From: Mobula hypostoma
Taxonomy: Eukaryota
Length of the DNA: 64,000 bases
Reading direction: 5' to 3'
Assembly (NCBI RefSeq): GCF_963921235.1
Contig: NC_086097.1
Location: 232,130,001-232,194,000, forward strand
Numbering within the stretch: position 1 is the stretch's first letter; the number at the start of each line of letters is the position of its first letter. Below the pieces are notes generated by a model that did not search any database, was not told the DNA's origin, and saw only the letters and a list, made by a program, of their open reading frames with translations. The position numbers and the translations under genes were made by a program. This document shows positions 49,000 to 60,070 of this stretch, piece by piece.

Positions 49000-49370
49000 A
49001 AGCAAGATGCACAAAATGCTGGAGGAACTCAGCAGGTCAGGCAGCATCTATGGAGAGGAATAAACAGTTGACGTTTTGGGCTGAGACCCTACTTCAGGAC
49101 TGAGAAGGAATGGGAGAATAAAAGATTGAGGGGAGGGGAATGAGGCTAGCTGGAAGGTGATAGGTGAAGCCAGGTGGGTGGGAAAGGCCAAGGACTGGGG
49201 AAGAAAGAATCTGATAGGAGAGAAGAGTGGACCATAGGAGAAAGGGAAGGAGGAGGGGACCCAGGGGGGAGGTGATAGGCAGGTGAGAAGAAGTAAAAGG
49301 TCAGAGTGGGAAATAGAGGAGGGTGGAGAAATTTGTTAACCAAATGGAGAGGAGAAATCGATATTCATGA
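49000..49370 (-). mobile_element. PLE 3' fragment with a degenerate hammerhead
   Basis: Colinear with 56893-57320. Confidence 0.8.
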
Positions 49371-50057
49371 GAGTAATTCATCCTTTCTTGGTTAAAAGCT
49401 ACATAAATGCCACTACAAGGAATTGACAGTAACACCATCAAGTAAATTGTAATGCTTGTGTAAGAGCTTAAATTACTAACTTGCCTGGCCCACCATCAGC
49501 TTTGGCACTGATCAAGCCAATTCATCAAAACAGATCAAATAGATATAATAATATTAAGATTTATTAGTGCAGGATTTATGTTAATGGAACCCTTAACTCA
49601 TGACCCTATCAATTTCCAGCAGCCTATAAAAGATATTCTCATTAAAATATTCCTATGCACCTCCAGGAAAACTGCAAAGCTGCAAAAACAAACAGACTTA
49701 CATAGAGACATATAAATTAGGCACAGGAATAGGCGGCCTTTTGCCCCCTCAGCCCTGCTCTGTCATTTAATAAGATCATGGGTGATCTGATTGTAACCTC
49801 GATACTGCATTCCTGTTGAAAGTCAGATCCCTTACACCCCTTACCTACCAAGTCTCTAATCATTTCAGTTCAGATCAACACTTTCCCATTATAGGGAATT
49901 GGCCTCATCTCCTCCTCATTTAATTACAGCAAACTCCTTTCTTTCTGTGGAAGGTTTAGTTTCCAGTGAGGAAATGGGGAAAAATATTCTACAATGTTTG
50001 ATGTTTTTAGTATCGTAGGTGAAATGTTAAAACTAATTTTTGCTATAGGCATATGTA

Positions 50058-50415
50058 TTCGTTCGTTATGTGGCTTGCCGTATGACCATGATTATTCTTG
50101 GCAAATTTTTCTACAGATGTACTTTGCCACTGCCTTCTTCTGGGCAGTGTCTTTACAAGAAAGGTGACCCCAGCCATTATCAATACTCTTCGGAGATTGT
50201 CTGCCTGGCATCTGTAGTCGCATAACCAGGACTTGTGACTTACACCAGCGGCTCATACGACCATCCACTACCTGCTCCCGTGGCTTTGTGTGACCATGCC
50301 TGTTTGGGGTGGGCTGGGGTGAGGGTGCTAAGCAGGTTCTACACCTTGCCCAGGCGAGCGGAGGGTAAGGGTGCTTTACACCTTCTTTGATAGAGATGTA
50401 GCTCCACCCCGCCAG
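50058..50415 (-). mobile_element. SINE-like element with an RTE-related 3' part
   Basis: Minus strand reads GAAGAAGGCAGTGGCAAAGTACATCTGTAGAAAAATTTGCCAAGAATAATCATGG and ends in (AACG)n. This resembles BovA/Sauria-type RTE-derived segments. Confidence 0.55.
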
Positions 50416-50669
50416 CCAAGTCAAGCAGATACAGGGTACAAATCCCATGATAATTGACTATTTTACAGCAACAACACTGTACATTTCAACATAAAATTTA
50501 TATGTGAAATTGTGAAACATGATAAATAAGCACAACACTAGTGCTGGATTGGTCGGGAGAATCTTAATATAGCCTGAGGATGTACAAAGGGAAAAATTAG
50601 CCTGAGGTATGGACCCTCCTGAAGAAAGGGATTCACTAGTCTTTGTCAATGAAATGGAGAAAAGTGAGA

Positions 50670-51765
50670 AAGCATGTTGTGATGAAGAAATTATGATTAT
50701 GCAACAGAATATAGATAGACAGAGTGACTGGACTAAAATCTGGCAAATGGAGTTTAATGCAAGGGAGTGTGAGATCATAGCAAGAGGAATCTAAAGGTGG
50801 ATTGTACTTGTAATGGAGAGAAAACTGCAAATGAGTAAAGTTCAGAGGGATCTATGTGTTGGTGCTTGAATCACAAGAGGTTAGTAAGCAGGTACAACAA
50901 TTAGTTCAGAAGGCAAATGCCAAATTGTTCTTTATTGTGAAGGTTGGAGTTTAAGAATTGGGAAGTTTTGTTCCCATTGTGTAAAGTTTTGGTGAGACAG
51001 CACCTGGGCAATTATGCACTTTTGGTCCCCTTACCTATAAAAGGGTGTAGTGGCTCTGAAAGCAGAATAACTCCTGGGATGAGAGAATTGTCCTACTAGG
51101 AGAGGCTAGTTTGGGTCTGTATCCTTTGGAATTTGGAAGAACGAGGGATGACCTTATTCGAATAGATATGATTAACTGGATAGATGATGAGATGTTTTCA
51201 CTGGTGGGAAAGACACAAACAAGGGGATTTATAATTTATATTAGTGATCTGGAGGAGAGACAGAAAGCAAGGTTCCCAGGTTTGTTAATAGCACGAATAT
51301 AGATGAAGTGGTATGTTGCAATGAAGTCATTTGGACTCTGCATTACAGTGTAGATAAGTTGGTGAGTGGCTGAGAAATTTGCAGGTGGAGTTTTATGTGG
51401 GGAAAATATGAGACGATGTCCTTCAGTAAGAGGAATTTAAAGGCCAATGAATATACAAATGGAAAAAGGTCATTGCTGAGTGCAGTACAAAAGGATCTAG
51501 ATGCCCTTGTGTATGAATTGCAGAAAGTTAGCGAGCAGGTGCAGGAAGTGGTTAAGAAGTCAGGGGCACGTTGGACTTTGTGGTTAGAAAGTTGGAATTT
51601 AGAAATTGGCAAGTATTGTTACAGTTGTATAGAGTACTGGTGAAGTCACACCTAGTATAGGGTGCATAGTTTGGTCCCCCTTATTTAAGAAAGGATACAT
51701 TGCATTGAAAGCAGTCCAGAGGAGATTCACTAGATGAATTGACTGCAGTGAGAGGATTGACCTAA
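50670..51765 (+). mobile_element. Two old CR1 RT 3' fragments in tandem
   Basis: IDRQSDWTKIWQMEFNA (ORF 50609) and a second pass through the same region from about 51225. Confidence 0.7.
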
Positions 51766-51817
51766 CACCAGCAGTGAAAGATATTAGAAAATAGATTTTT
51801 TGCTGTATAGAAGAATG

Positions 51818-52645
51818 ACTATAAGACCAAAATGTATTGGACCCTAATTAGGCCATTCAGCCCATTGAGTCTACTTCGCCATTCCATCATGGCTAATTTA
51901 TTATCATTCTCACCCCCATTCTCGCCATAACCTTTGACACACTTACTAGTGGAGAATCTATCAACCGCCACTTTGGGGCAGCATGGTAGTGTAGTGGTTA
52001 GCACAGTGCTTTGCAGCACCAGCAGCTCAGGTTCAATTCACGCCACTGCCTGTAAGGCATTTGTACGTTCTCCCAGTGACCGCGTGCGTTTCCTCCAGAT
52101 GCATCAGTTTCCTCCCACAGTCCAAAGTCGGTAGGTTAATTGGTCATTGTAAATTGTCCCGTGATTAGGCTAGGGTTAAATTGGGGTATTGCTGGGTGGC
52201 GTGGTTCAAAGGGCAGGAAGGGCCTATTCCATACTGTATGTCAATAAATAAACATACGCAATGACTTTGCCCGTGGCAGTCGTCTGTGGCAATGAATCTC
52301 CTCCTCATCTCTGTTCTGAAGGGGCGTCCTTGCATTCTGAGGTTGTGCCCACTGGGTCTAGGCTCACCCATATCCTCTCCACACCCAGTCTGTCCAGACT
52401 TTGCAATATTCAATGAGATCCCCCCTCATTCATCCAAACTCCAGTGAGTACAGGCCCAGAGACAGCAAAAGTTCCTCATATATTAACTCTTTCATTCCTA
52501 GGATCATTCTTGTGAACCACCAGTGGACCCTCTCTAACGTTAGCACATCCATTCTTAGATAAGAGACCAAAAACTGCTCACAATAGTCTAAATGTGGTTT
52601 GACCAATGCCTTATAAAGACTCAGAATTACATACTTGCTGAGAGA
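51818..52645 (-). mobile_element. CR1 3' fragment interrupted by a SINE
   Basis: ORF 52430-52660 (LYKALVKPHLDYC) with the tail at about 51820. Confidence 0.85.
51974..52258 (+). mobile_element. tRNA-derived V-SINE (HE1-like) with a CR1-type tail
   Basis: TAGTGTAGTGGTTAG and GGTTCAATTC boxes, GTTTCCTCCCACAGTCCAAAG core, tail GAAGGGCCTATTCCATACTGTAT. Confidence 0.85.
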
Positions 52646-53621
52646 TGAAACATAGATCATTCAGGAGCATTACTAGGTAGTTATTGAGTTGTTTCCATAA
52701 ATGGAAGAAGATTGGACCAAGAAATATGGTTACAAAATTAGGAAGCAAACATTTAAAACTGGGATTCATGGGAATTTCTTCTTGCAGAAGATTAGATTAG
52801 ATTAGATTAGATTCAAATTTATTGTCATTGTGCCGAGTACAGATACAAAGCCAATGAAATGCAATTAGCATCTGACCAGAAGAGCAAAATAATAGTATTA
52901 TTTACAAAATAACTCTGAATAAAAAGTAAGTGCTACGACAATACAAATATAAAAGTACTGAGACAGTCCAATATGGGTGCAATACTGCTTAGCGCTGAGA
53001 TATAAGGTTCAGCAGGGTCACAGCCTCAGGGAAGAAGCTCTTCCTGTGCCTGTTGGTGTGGGAGCGGAGGCTCCTGTAGCGCCTACCGGATGGGAGGAGA
53101 GTAAAAAGTCCAGGGTTAAGGTGAGATGCGTCCTTGATAATGGTTTTTACCCTGCCCAGGAAGCGTTTATGGTAGATGTTCTTAATGGTGGGAAATTGGG
53201 TGCTGACAATCTGCTGGGCAGTTTTCACCACCCGCTGGAGTGCTTTGCGGTCCGATACAGGACAATTGCCATACCACACTGAGATGCTGTTGGTGAGTAT
53301 GCTCTCAATGGTACAGCAGTAAAAGTCTGTCAGTATCCTGGGACAGAGGTGAGCTTTCTTGATGCTCCACAGGAAATAAAGGCACTGTTGTGCCTTTTTG
53401 ATCAGGATGGAGGAGTTCAGGGACCAGGTGAGATCCTCGGAAATGTGGACACCAAGGAATTTGAAGCTTGATACACGCTCCACTACAACTCGGTTGATGT
53501 AGATGGGGACGTGAGTGTGGCTCCTAACATGCCTAAGTCCACAATAATCTCCTTGGTCTTCTGGGTGTTAAGGGCCAGGTTGTTATCGGCACACCACGCG
53601 GCCAGGTGCTGGACCTTGTCC

Positions 53622-54974
53622 CTATAGGCCATCTCTGATCAGGCCAACCACCATGGTGTCGTCTGCGACCTTGATTATGGAGTTAGAAACGTGTACAGGA
53701 ACGCAGTCATAGGTGAAAAGGGAGTACAGAAGAGGGCTCAGCACACAGCCTTGAGGCACACCGGTATTCAGGGTGAGAATGGAGGAGAAGAGGTTGTCTA
53801 ACTTAACAGATTGGGCTCTGTTAGTCAGAAAGTCCAAGGTCCAATTGCAGAGGGATGAGCTGATACCAAGCTGGCGAAGTTTGGCGATCAACATGGAGGG
53901 GATCGCAGTATTGAATGCTGAACTAAAGTCAATGAACAGCATTCTGACATAAGAATTGGGTCTGTCCAGGTGGGTCAGGGCAGAATAAAGTGCCGTGGAG
54001 ATGGCATCCTCTGTTGACCTGTTGGTGTGATAGGCAAATTGATGGGGGTCCAGGGTAGTGGGAAGATAGGATTTCAGATGTGATAGAACCAGTCTCTCAA
54101 AGCACTTTGCAATGATGGGGGTGAGTGCAACTGGACGGAAGTCATTCAGGCCCATGGCAGTGGAATGCTTCGGCACTGGCACGATGGTGGCAACCTTGAA
54201 GCTTGTGGGGACAACTGCCTGTGCCAGAGACAGATTGAAAATGTCTTTGAAGACCCCGGCCAACTGCCCTGCACAGACTCTGAGCACACAGCCAGGTATT
54301 CCATCCGGACCAGCTGCCTTCCATACATTCACCCTGCTCAGGGTGGCGCAAACATCAGAGGTGGAAAGTGAGTGAGACAGTTCACCAGGTGGGAGATCCG
54401 CTTTGAGGGTGATCTCCTTGTTCTCTCGGTCAAAGCGAGCGTAGAAGTAATTGAGCTCATCAGGGAGGGAAGCAGAGCTGGAAAGGGGCACAGTACTAGG
54501 TGGTTTGAAGTCTGTAATGACCTGTATGCCATGCCACATGCGGGGGTCCGAGGAGTTGAAATGCTCCTCGATCTTCTGTTTGTATATGTGTTTAGCCTGA
54601 GCGATTCCCCTCCTCAGGTTGGCACCGGCTGAGCTGTAAGCCTCCCGGTCTCCGGACCTGAAGACTGAATCTCTGGTTTTGAGTAGGAGGTGAACTTCTC
54701 TGTTCATCCATGGTTTCTGATTGGGGAAAACTTTTATTTGTTTTTGTGATATCACTCTATCTACACACTTGTTGATGTGCCCAAGGACAGAGTTGGTATA
54801 TAAATCAATGTTAATCTGAGAGTCTGTGGTGGCATGGGCAGCAAACGCGCTCCAGTCTGTGTGCTGGAATTGGTGCTGAAGAGCAGAGTTAGCACCCTCC
54901 AGCCAGATCTTAATAGTCTTCATTGTGGGTTTCACATGTTTAATGACCGGGCTGTACTTGCGAAGCAGGAACAA
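53622..54974 (-). pseudogene. Rex1/Babar reverse transcriptase segment, the longest ORF in the window
   Basis: [39 protein letters not shown] and VADD motifs. Frameshifted at the 3' end. Confidence 0.9.
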
Positions 54975-55010
54975 TGAAAGATGGTCGGACTGTCCCAGGA
55001 GGGGGAGGGT

Positions 55011-55598
55011 TAGATTGGATTAGATTATGAAGACACGCAGTCCTCTTTTATTGTCATTTAGTAATGCATGCATTAAGAAATGATACAATGTTCCTCTGGT
55101 GTGATATCACAAAAACACAGGGCAGACCAAGACTGAAAAAACTAACAAAACCACATAATTATAATATATAGTTACAGCAGTGCAACAATACCATAACTTG
55201 ATGAAGAACAGTCCATGGCACAGTAAAAAGTTCAAAGTCTCTCAAATGTCCCACATCTCACACAGACGAGAGAAGGAAGAAAAACTCTCCCTGCCATGCC
55301 GACCACAGTCCGACTCTGAGTCATCCGAGAACTTCGAGCCTCCGATCAGCTCTCCGACATCGAGTACCAAGCACCATCTCTATCCGAACGATTCGACCTC
55401 AGTCTCGGTCGCCAGCAGCAGGCAAAGCCGGGGATTTGGGGGCCTTCTCTCGGAAGATTCTCAATCGCACAGTAACAGCAGCAGCGAACCTGCGTTTCAG
55501 AAATTTCTCCAGATGTTCCTCTGTGCTTTCATGTCTGTCTCCATCAAATCAGAATTGTCCACGGCCCCTATTTAACGGATACAATATCATTTTCACCC
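55011..55598 (-). mobile_element. Family X SINE-like element, copy 5 (5'-truncated)
   Basis: Colinear with the other copies and flanked by GGGT at 55007-55010 and 55599-55602. Confidence 0.92.
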
Positions 55599-56892
55599 GG
55601 GTGGCTTTATAAGCATCAGCCACATTTGTGTAGACATGATCTAAGGTTTTATTTCCCCTTGTGGTGCCTGATACATTTTGGTAAAATCTTGGAAGGACGG
55701 TACGTAGGTTACAATGACTGAAGTCCACAGCGGTAATAAAGGCTCCGTCTGAATGCAACGTCTGCAGCTTGCTAATAGCAGTACTGAGGTCTTTCATAGC
55801 TACTTCAGCATTAGCATCCGGTGGAACATAAACTGCAAAAGCAATGATGCATGTAAACTCTCGTGGTTAATAAAAACCTCTGCACTTAATAATCGGTATT
55901 CCAGATCAGCAAAGCAATAAGTGTCAGCAATGGTAGAGTTAGTACACCGTGATCAATTCACGTAGATGCATAAACCACCTCCCCAACTTTTACCTGTCGC
56001 TGTTGCAGCTCTGTCAGCCCTGAAGACCGTGCGCCCTTCCAGTTCCACCAGGTTGTTTGGGACATCACTGTTTAGCCATGTTTCCGTAAAAAACATGACG
56101 TTGCAATCCATAAGTCTTCTTTGTATGAGGGTCCAAGTCCTTAGTTTGTCCAGCTTGTTCGTCAGAGACCGAACCTTGGCAAGGAAGATGCTAGGTAGTG
56201 CTGGCCAGTGTGGATTTAGCCTTAGCCTAGCACGCACACCTCCACGCTTCCCCCGTTTCGTTTACAGTCTTGGCGCTAGCACCAGGCCCTTCCGGACGGA
56301 GTGAGTTGAATGCGAGTCCGCGGTGTCTTTACTAACTCCAGAGGTAGTTGGTCGAAGTCGAATGGATAGTCCAAAACTGTGTTGGTGCATCGATAGTTAA
56401 TGACCAAAAGTGGCCATTTGCTGTAAGTGTAGTTCGCATAGCCGAATCGAGCGAGCATGCAGGAAACAAGCAGAAAAATTAACACTATTTTTGAAAATAG
56501 TGTTAATTATTTGCTTGACATCTCTAACATGGAAAGTTGTGAAGGATAGATCACAGGGGTACCTAAAAATAAAGCTGATAAATATTTCCAAGACAACGGA
56601 ATTGTGGATTATGTGGAACATGCCCTCTTCTGGTTACCATCATTGCCACCATCAAGGAGGACATACTGGAGCCTGAAGAACCACACTTAATGTTTTAGGA
56701 ACAGCTTCTTCCCCTCCACCATCAGAATTCTGAACAGCCCATCACCATTAACTCATTATTCTTCTTTTACACTATTTATCAAGCTCCTCCTGCTGCTGTT
56801 TTCCTATGTTCCTATCTCTCCAGTCTAGCGGATACTCCAGCACACTTCCCTAAACCGGGCCCAGCTTGCCCCAGGCTACGCTGTCCCTTTCT

Positions 56893-58007
56893 AGCAACAC
56901 ACATCAAAGTTGCTGGTGAACGCAGCAGGCCAGGGAGCATCTCTAGGAAGAGGTACAGTCGACATTTCGGGCTGAGACCCTTCGTCAGGACTAACTGAAG
57001 GAAGAGCTAGTAAGAGATTTGAAAGTGGGAGGGGGGGGAGATCCAAAATGATAGGAGAAGACAGGAGGGGGAGGGATGGAGCCAAGAGCTGGGCAGGTGA
57101 TTGGCAAAAGGGATATGAGAGGATCATGGGACAAGAGGCCCAGGGAGAAGGAAAGGGGAAAGGGGGGGAACCCCAGAGGATGGACAAGGGGTATAGTGAA
57201 AGGGACAGAGGGAGAAAAAGGAGAGAGAGAGAAAGAATATGTGTGTATATAAATAAATAATGGATGGGGTACGAGGGGGAGGTGGGGCCTAGCGGAAGTT
57301 AGAGAAGTCAATGTTCATGCCATCAGGTTGGAGGCTACCCAGACGGAATATAAGGTGTTGTTCCTCCAACCTGAGTGTGGCTTCATCTTTACAGTAGAGG
57401 AGGCCGTGGATAGACATGTCAGAATGGGAATGGGATGTGGAATTAAAATGTGTGGCCACTGGGAGATCCTGCTTTCTCTGGTGGACAGAGCGTAGGTGTT
57501 CAGCAAAACGATCTCCCAGTCTGCGTCGGGTCTCACTAGTATATAGAAGACCACATCGGGAGCACCGGACGCAGTATGTCACCCCAGCCAACTCACAGGT
57601 GAAGTGTCGCCTCACCTGGAAGGACTGTCTGGGGCCCTGAATGGTGGTAAGGGAGGAAGTGTAAGGGCATGTGTAGCACTTGTTCCGCTTACAAGGATAA
57701 GTGCCAGGAGGGAGATCAGTGGAGAGGGATGGGGGGGACGAATGGACAAGGGAGTCGCGTAGGGAGCGATCCCTGCGGAAAGCAGATAGATGGGGGGAAG
57801 GAAAGATGTGCTTAGTGGTGGGATCCCGTTGGAAGTGGCGTAAGTCACGGAGAATAATATGTTGGACCCGGAGGCTGGTGGGGTGGTAGGTGAGGACCAG
57901 GGGAACTCTATTCCTAGTGGAGTGACGGGAGGATGGAGTGAGAGCAGATGTGCGTGAAATGGGGGAGATGCGTTTGAGAGCAGAGTTGCATGAAATGGGG
58001 GAGATGC
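56893..58007 (-). mobile_element. Penelope-like (Neptune-type) element 3' part with GIY-YIG endonuclease
   Basis: ORF 57289 to about 57990: PCKRNKCYTC..GVTYCVRCSRCGLLYTSET..RFAEH..VATHFN..EQHLIFRLGSLQPDGMN, followed by the pLTR with a hammerhead. Confidence 0.93.
56957..56992 (-). ncRNA. Minimal type I hammerhead ribozyme of a PLE
   Basis: AGTC-CTGACGA-A-GGG(TCTCAG)CCC-GAAAT-GTC-GACT on the minus strand. Confidence 0.7.
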
Positions 58008-58248
58008 AGCCTAGAATCACACAGTTCAGCCTGACCCTGTGTAATGCATGGTCTGCCTCGGCAAAGATAGGCAGCTCACCCTGACAGAACCACGCTGACA
58101 ACTGCTGTGACTCTACCCCCTCCATAAACCTTTTCCTCTTAAGAAAGGCCATCAGTATTTCAGGACCTTTGAATGTTTCGCTACATTTCTGACATTTGCA
58201 AACATTCAGAAACACTTGGAGCATGTAAAAAAAGTAGAAACTAAAATT

Positions 58249-58439
58249 CAAACACGAGAAATTCTGCAGATGCTGGAAATTCAAGCAACACACATCACAG
58301 ATGCTGGTGAACGCAGCAGGCCAGGCAGCATCTCTAGGAAGAGATACCCGTCAGGTCTCGGCCTGAAACGTCAACTGTACCTCTTTCTAGAGATGCTGCC
58401 TGGCCTGCTGCATTCACCAGCAACTTTGATGTGTGTTGC
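58249..58439. mobile_element. Palindromic PLE pLTR derivative
   Basis: Inverted arms of about 65-70 bp. 14-bp TSD TAGAAACTAAAATT at 58235-58248 and 58440-58453. Confidence 0.88.
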
Positions 58440-58928
58440 TAGAAACTAAAATTACTATTTTACATTTCAGGCACCATATCTGCACACTAAAATATAATTT
58501 AAATCATGACTAAAATAAATAAACAATATAAAACATTAACCAATATGCAGGTAGATTGGGACGATCAGATTAGTGTTGATCACAAGAGATGGAATTTGTA
58601 AAATGCCTACATGATGGCTTTTTAGATAGCTTATGGCTGAGGCCACTAGGGGAAAGGCAATTCTGAGTCGGGCATTGTGTACTGAGCTGAACTTCATTAG
58701 GGAGCTTAAGGTAAAAGAATCCTTGGGAGGCAGTGATCATAATATAATAGAATTCACCCCGCAGTTTGAGAGGTAGATGAGAAAGCCAGCTGTATCAGTA
58801 TTACTGTGGAGTAAAGAGAATTGCAGAGACATGAGAGAGGAGCTGGCCAAAGTTGTTCGGAAGGGGACACTAGCAGGGATGGTGGTAGAACAGCAACGGC
58901 TGGTGTTTATGGTGGAAGTTTGGAAGGC

Positions 58929-59238
58929 CTTGCCTGCCTTGCCTTATGCCTTACAAGGCGCGAAACGAAAGACTGTGTGGCGGGCCACTCTTCACACAGA
59001 CAGTAGGTAGCCGTTGACTCACAAAGAGTTCATCTGCCCTTTAACAGGTTTTGTTCTTAGTCCTGCTGGGTGCCTGCACACCCTCCTCCCTGGTTAACCG
59101 AAATGCACCGGGGGTGTGACGGTTGAGTCGCCGACAACCCGACCCGAGACAGGTAGTACTGGGCTATGTGGTACCAGTAGCAAGGCAAGGCCCTGACCTG
59201 ACACAAGCCCCCTAGGCCTGAGTCGACGTAGTAGTAGT
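58929..59238 (+). mobile_element. 310-bp non-autonomous retroelement with a (GTA)n tail, probably RTE-type
   Basis: 12-bp TSD AGTTTGGAAGGC at 58917-58928 and 59239-59250. Ends GAGTCGACGTAGTAGTAGT. No tRNA boxes were seen. Confidence 0.8.
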
Positions 59239-59602
59239 AGTTTGGAAGGCGCAGGATTGATACACCCCAAAGATGAAGGAGTGTTCTGAACAGAGGATGA
59301 GGCAAACATGAGTGACCAGGGAAACAAAAACAGCATAAAAGCAATAGCAAGGGAGCAAAAATATCTGTGGGAAGTTAGAGGATTGGGAAGCTTTTTTAAA
59401 TACCGACAGAAGACAACTAAAAAAAACATAAGGAGAGAAAAGATGAAATATGAGGGTAAGCTAGCAAAAAATATCAAAGAGGATGCCAAAAGACTTTTCA
59501 GATATTTAAAGTGTAACAGGGAGGTGCGAATGGATATTGGACTGCTGGAAAATGACACTGGAGTGGTAGTAATGGGAAACAATTTAGTAAGTATTTTAGC
59601 CT

Positions 59603-60070
59603 CAACAACACCTTATATTCCATCTGGGTAGCCTCCAACCTGATGGCATGAACATCGACTTCTCTAACTTCCGCTAATGCCCCACCTCCCCCTCGTACCC
59701 CATCCGTTATTTATTTATATACACACATTCTTTCTCTCACTCTCCTTTTTCTCCCTCTGTCCCTCTGACTATACCCCTTGCCCATCCTCTGGGTTCCCCT
59801 CCCCCCTTGTCTTTCTCCCCGGACCTCCTGTCCCATGATCCTCTCATATCCCTTTTGCCTATCACCTGTCCAGCTCTTGGCTCCATCCCTCCCCCTCCTG
59901 TCTTCTCCTATCATTTTGGATCTCCCCCACCCCCTCCCACTTTCAAATCTCTTACTAGCTCTTCCTTCAGTTAGTCCTGATGAAGGGTCTTGGCCTGAAA
60001 CGTCGACTGTACCTCTTCCTAGAGATGCTGCCTGGCCTGCTGCGTTCACCAGCAACTTTGATGTGTGTTG
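59603..60070 (+). mobile_element. PLE 3' fragment
   Basis: QHLIFHLGSLQPDGMNIDFSNFR followed by the pLTR. TAAGTATTTT is repeated on both flanks. Confidence 0.9.
59973..60008 (+). ncRNA. Minimal type I hammerhead ribozyme of a PLE
   Basis: AGTC-CTGATGA-AGG(GTCTTGG)CCT-GAAAC-GTC-GACT. Helix I is AGTC/GACT and helix III is the palindrome ACGT. Confidence 0.78.

Larger units (their letters stand above)
52790..56490 (-). mobile_element. Near-full-length Rex1/Babar LINE, interrupted by family X copy 5
   Basis: Endonuclease ORFs 55953-56237 (FTETWL, GGGLCIYVN) and 55549-55797, a 450-aa RT segment at 53622-54974, C-terminus at 52989-53483 and an (AATCT)n tail. Confidence 0.95.

Noticed and set aside
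57990..58293. N-terminal ~100 aa of the 334-aa ORF as part of a novel GIY-YIG fusion protein
   Set aside because: It is chance read-through from flanking DNA and a palindromic pLTR insert into a 5'-truncated PLE, and the YIG motif is mutated to YTS.
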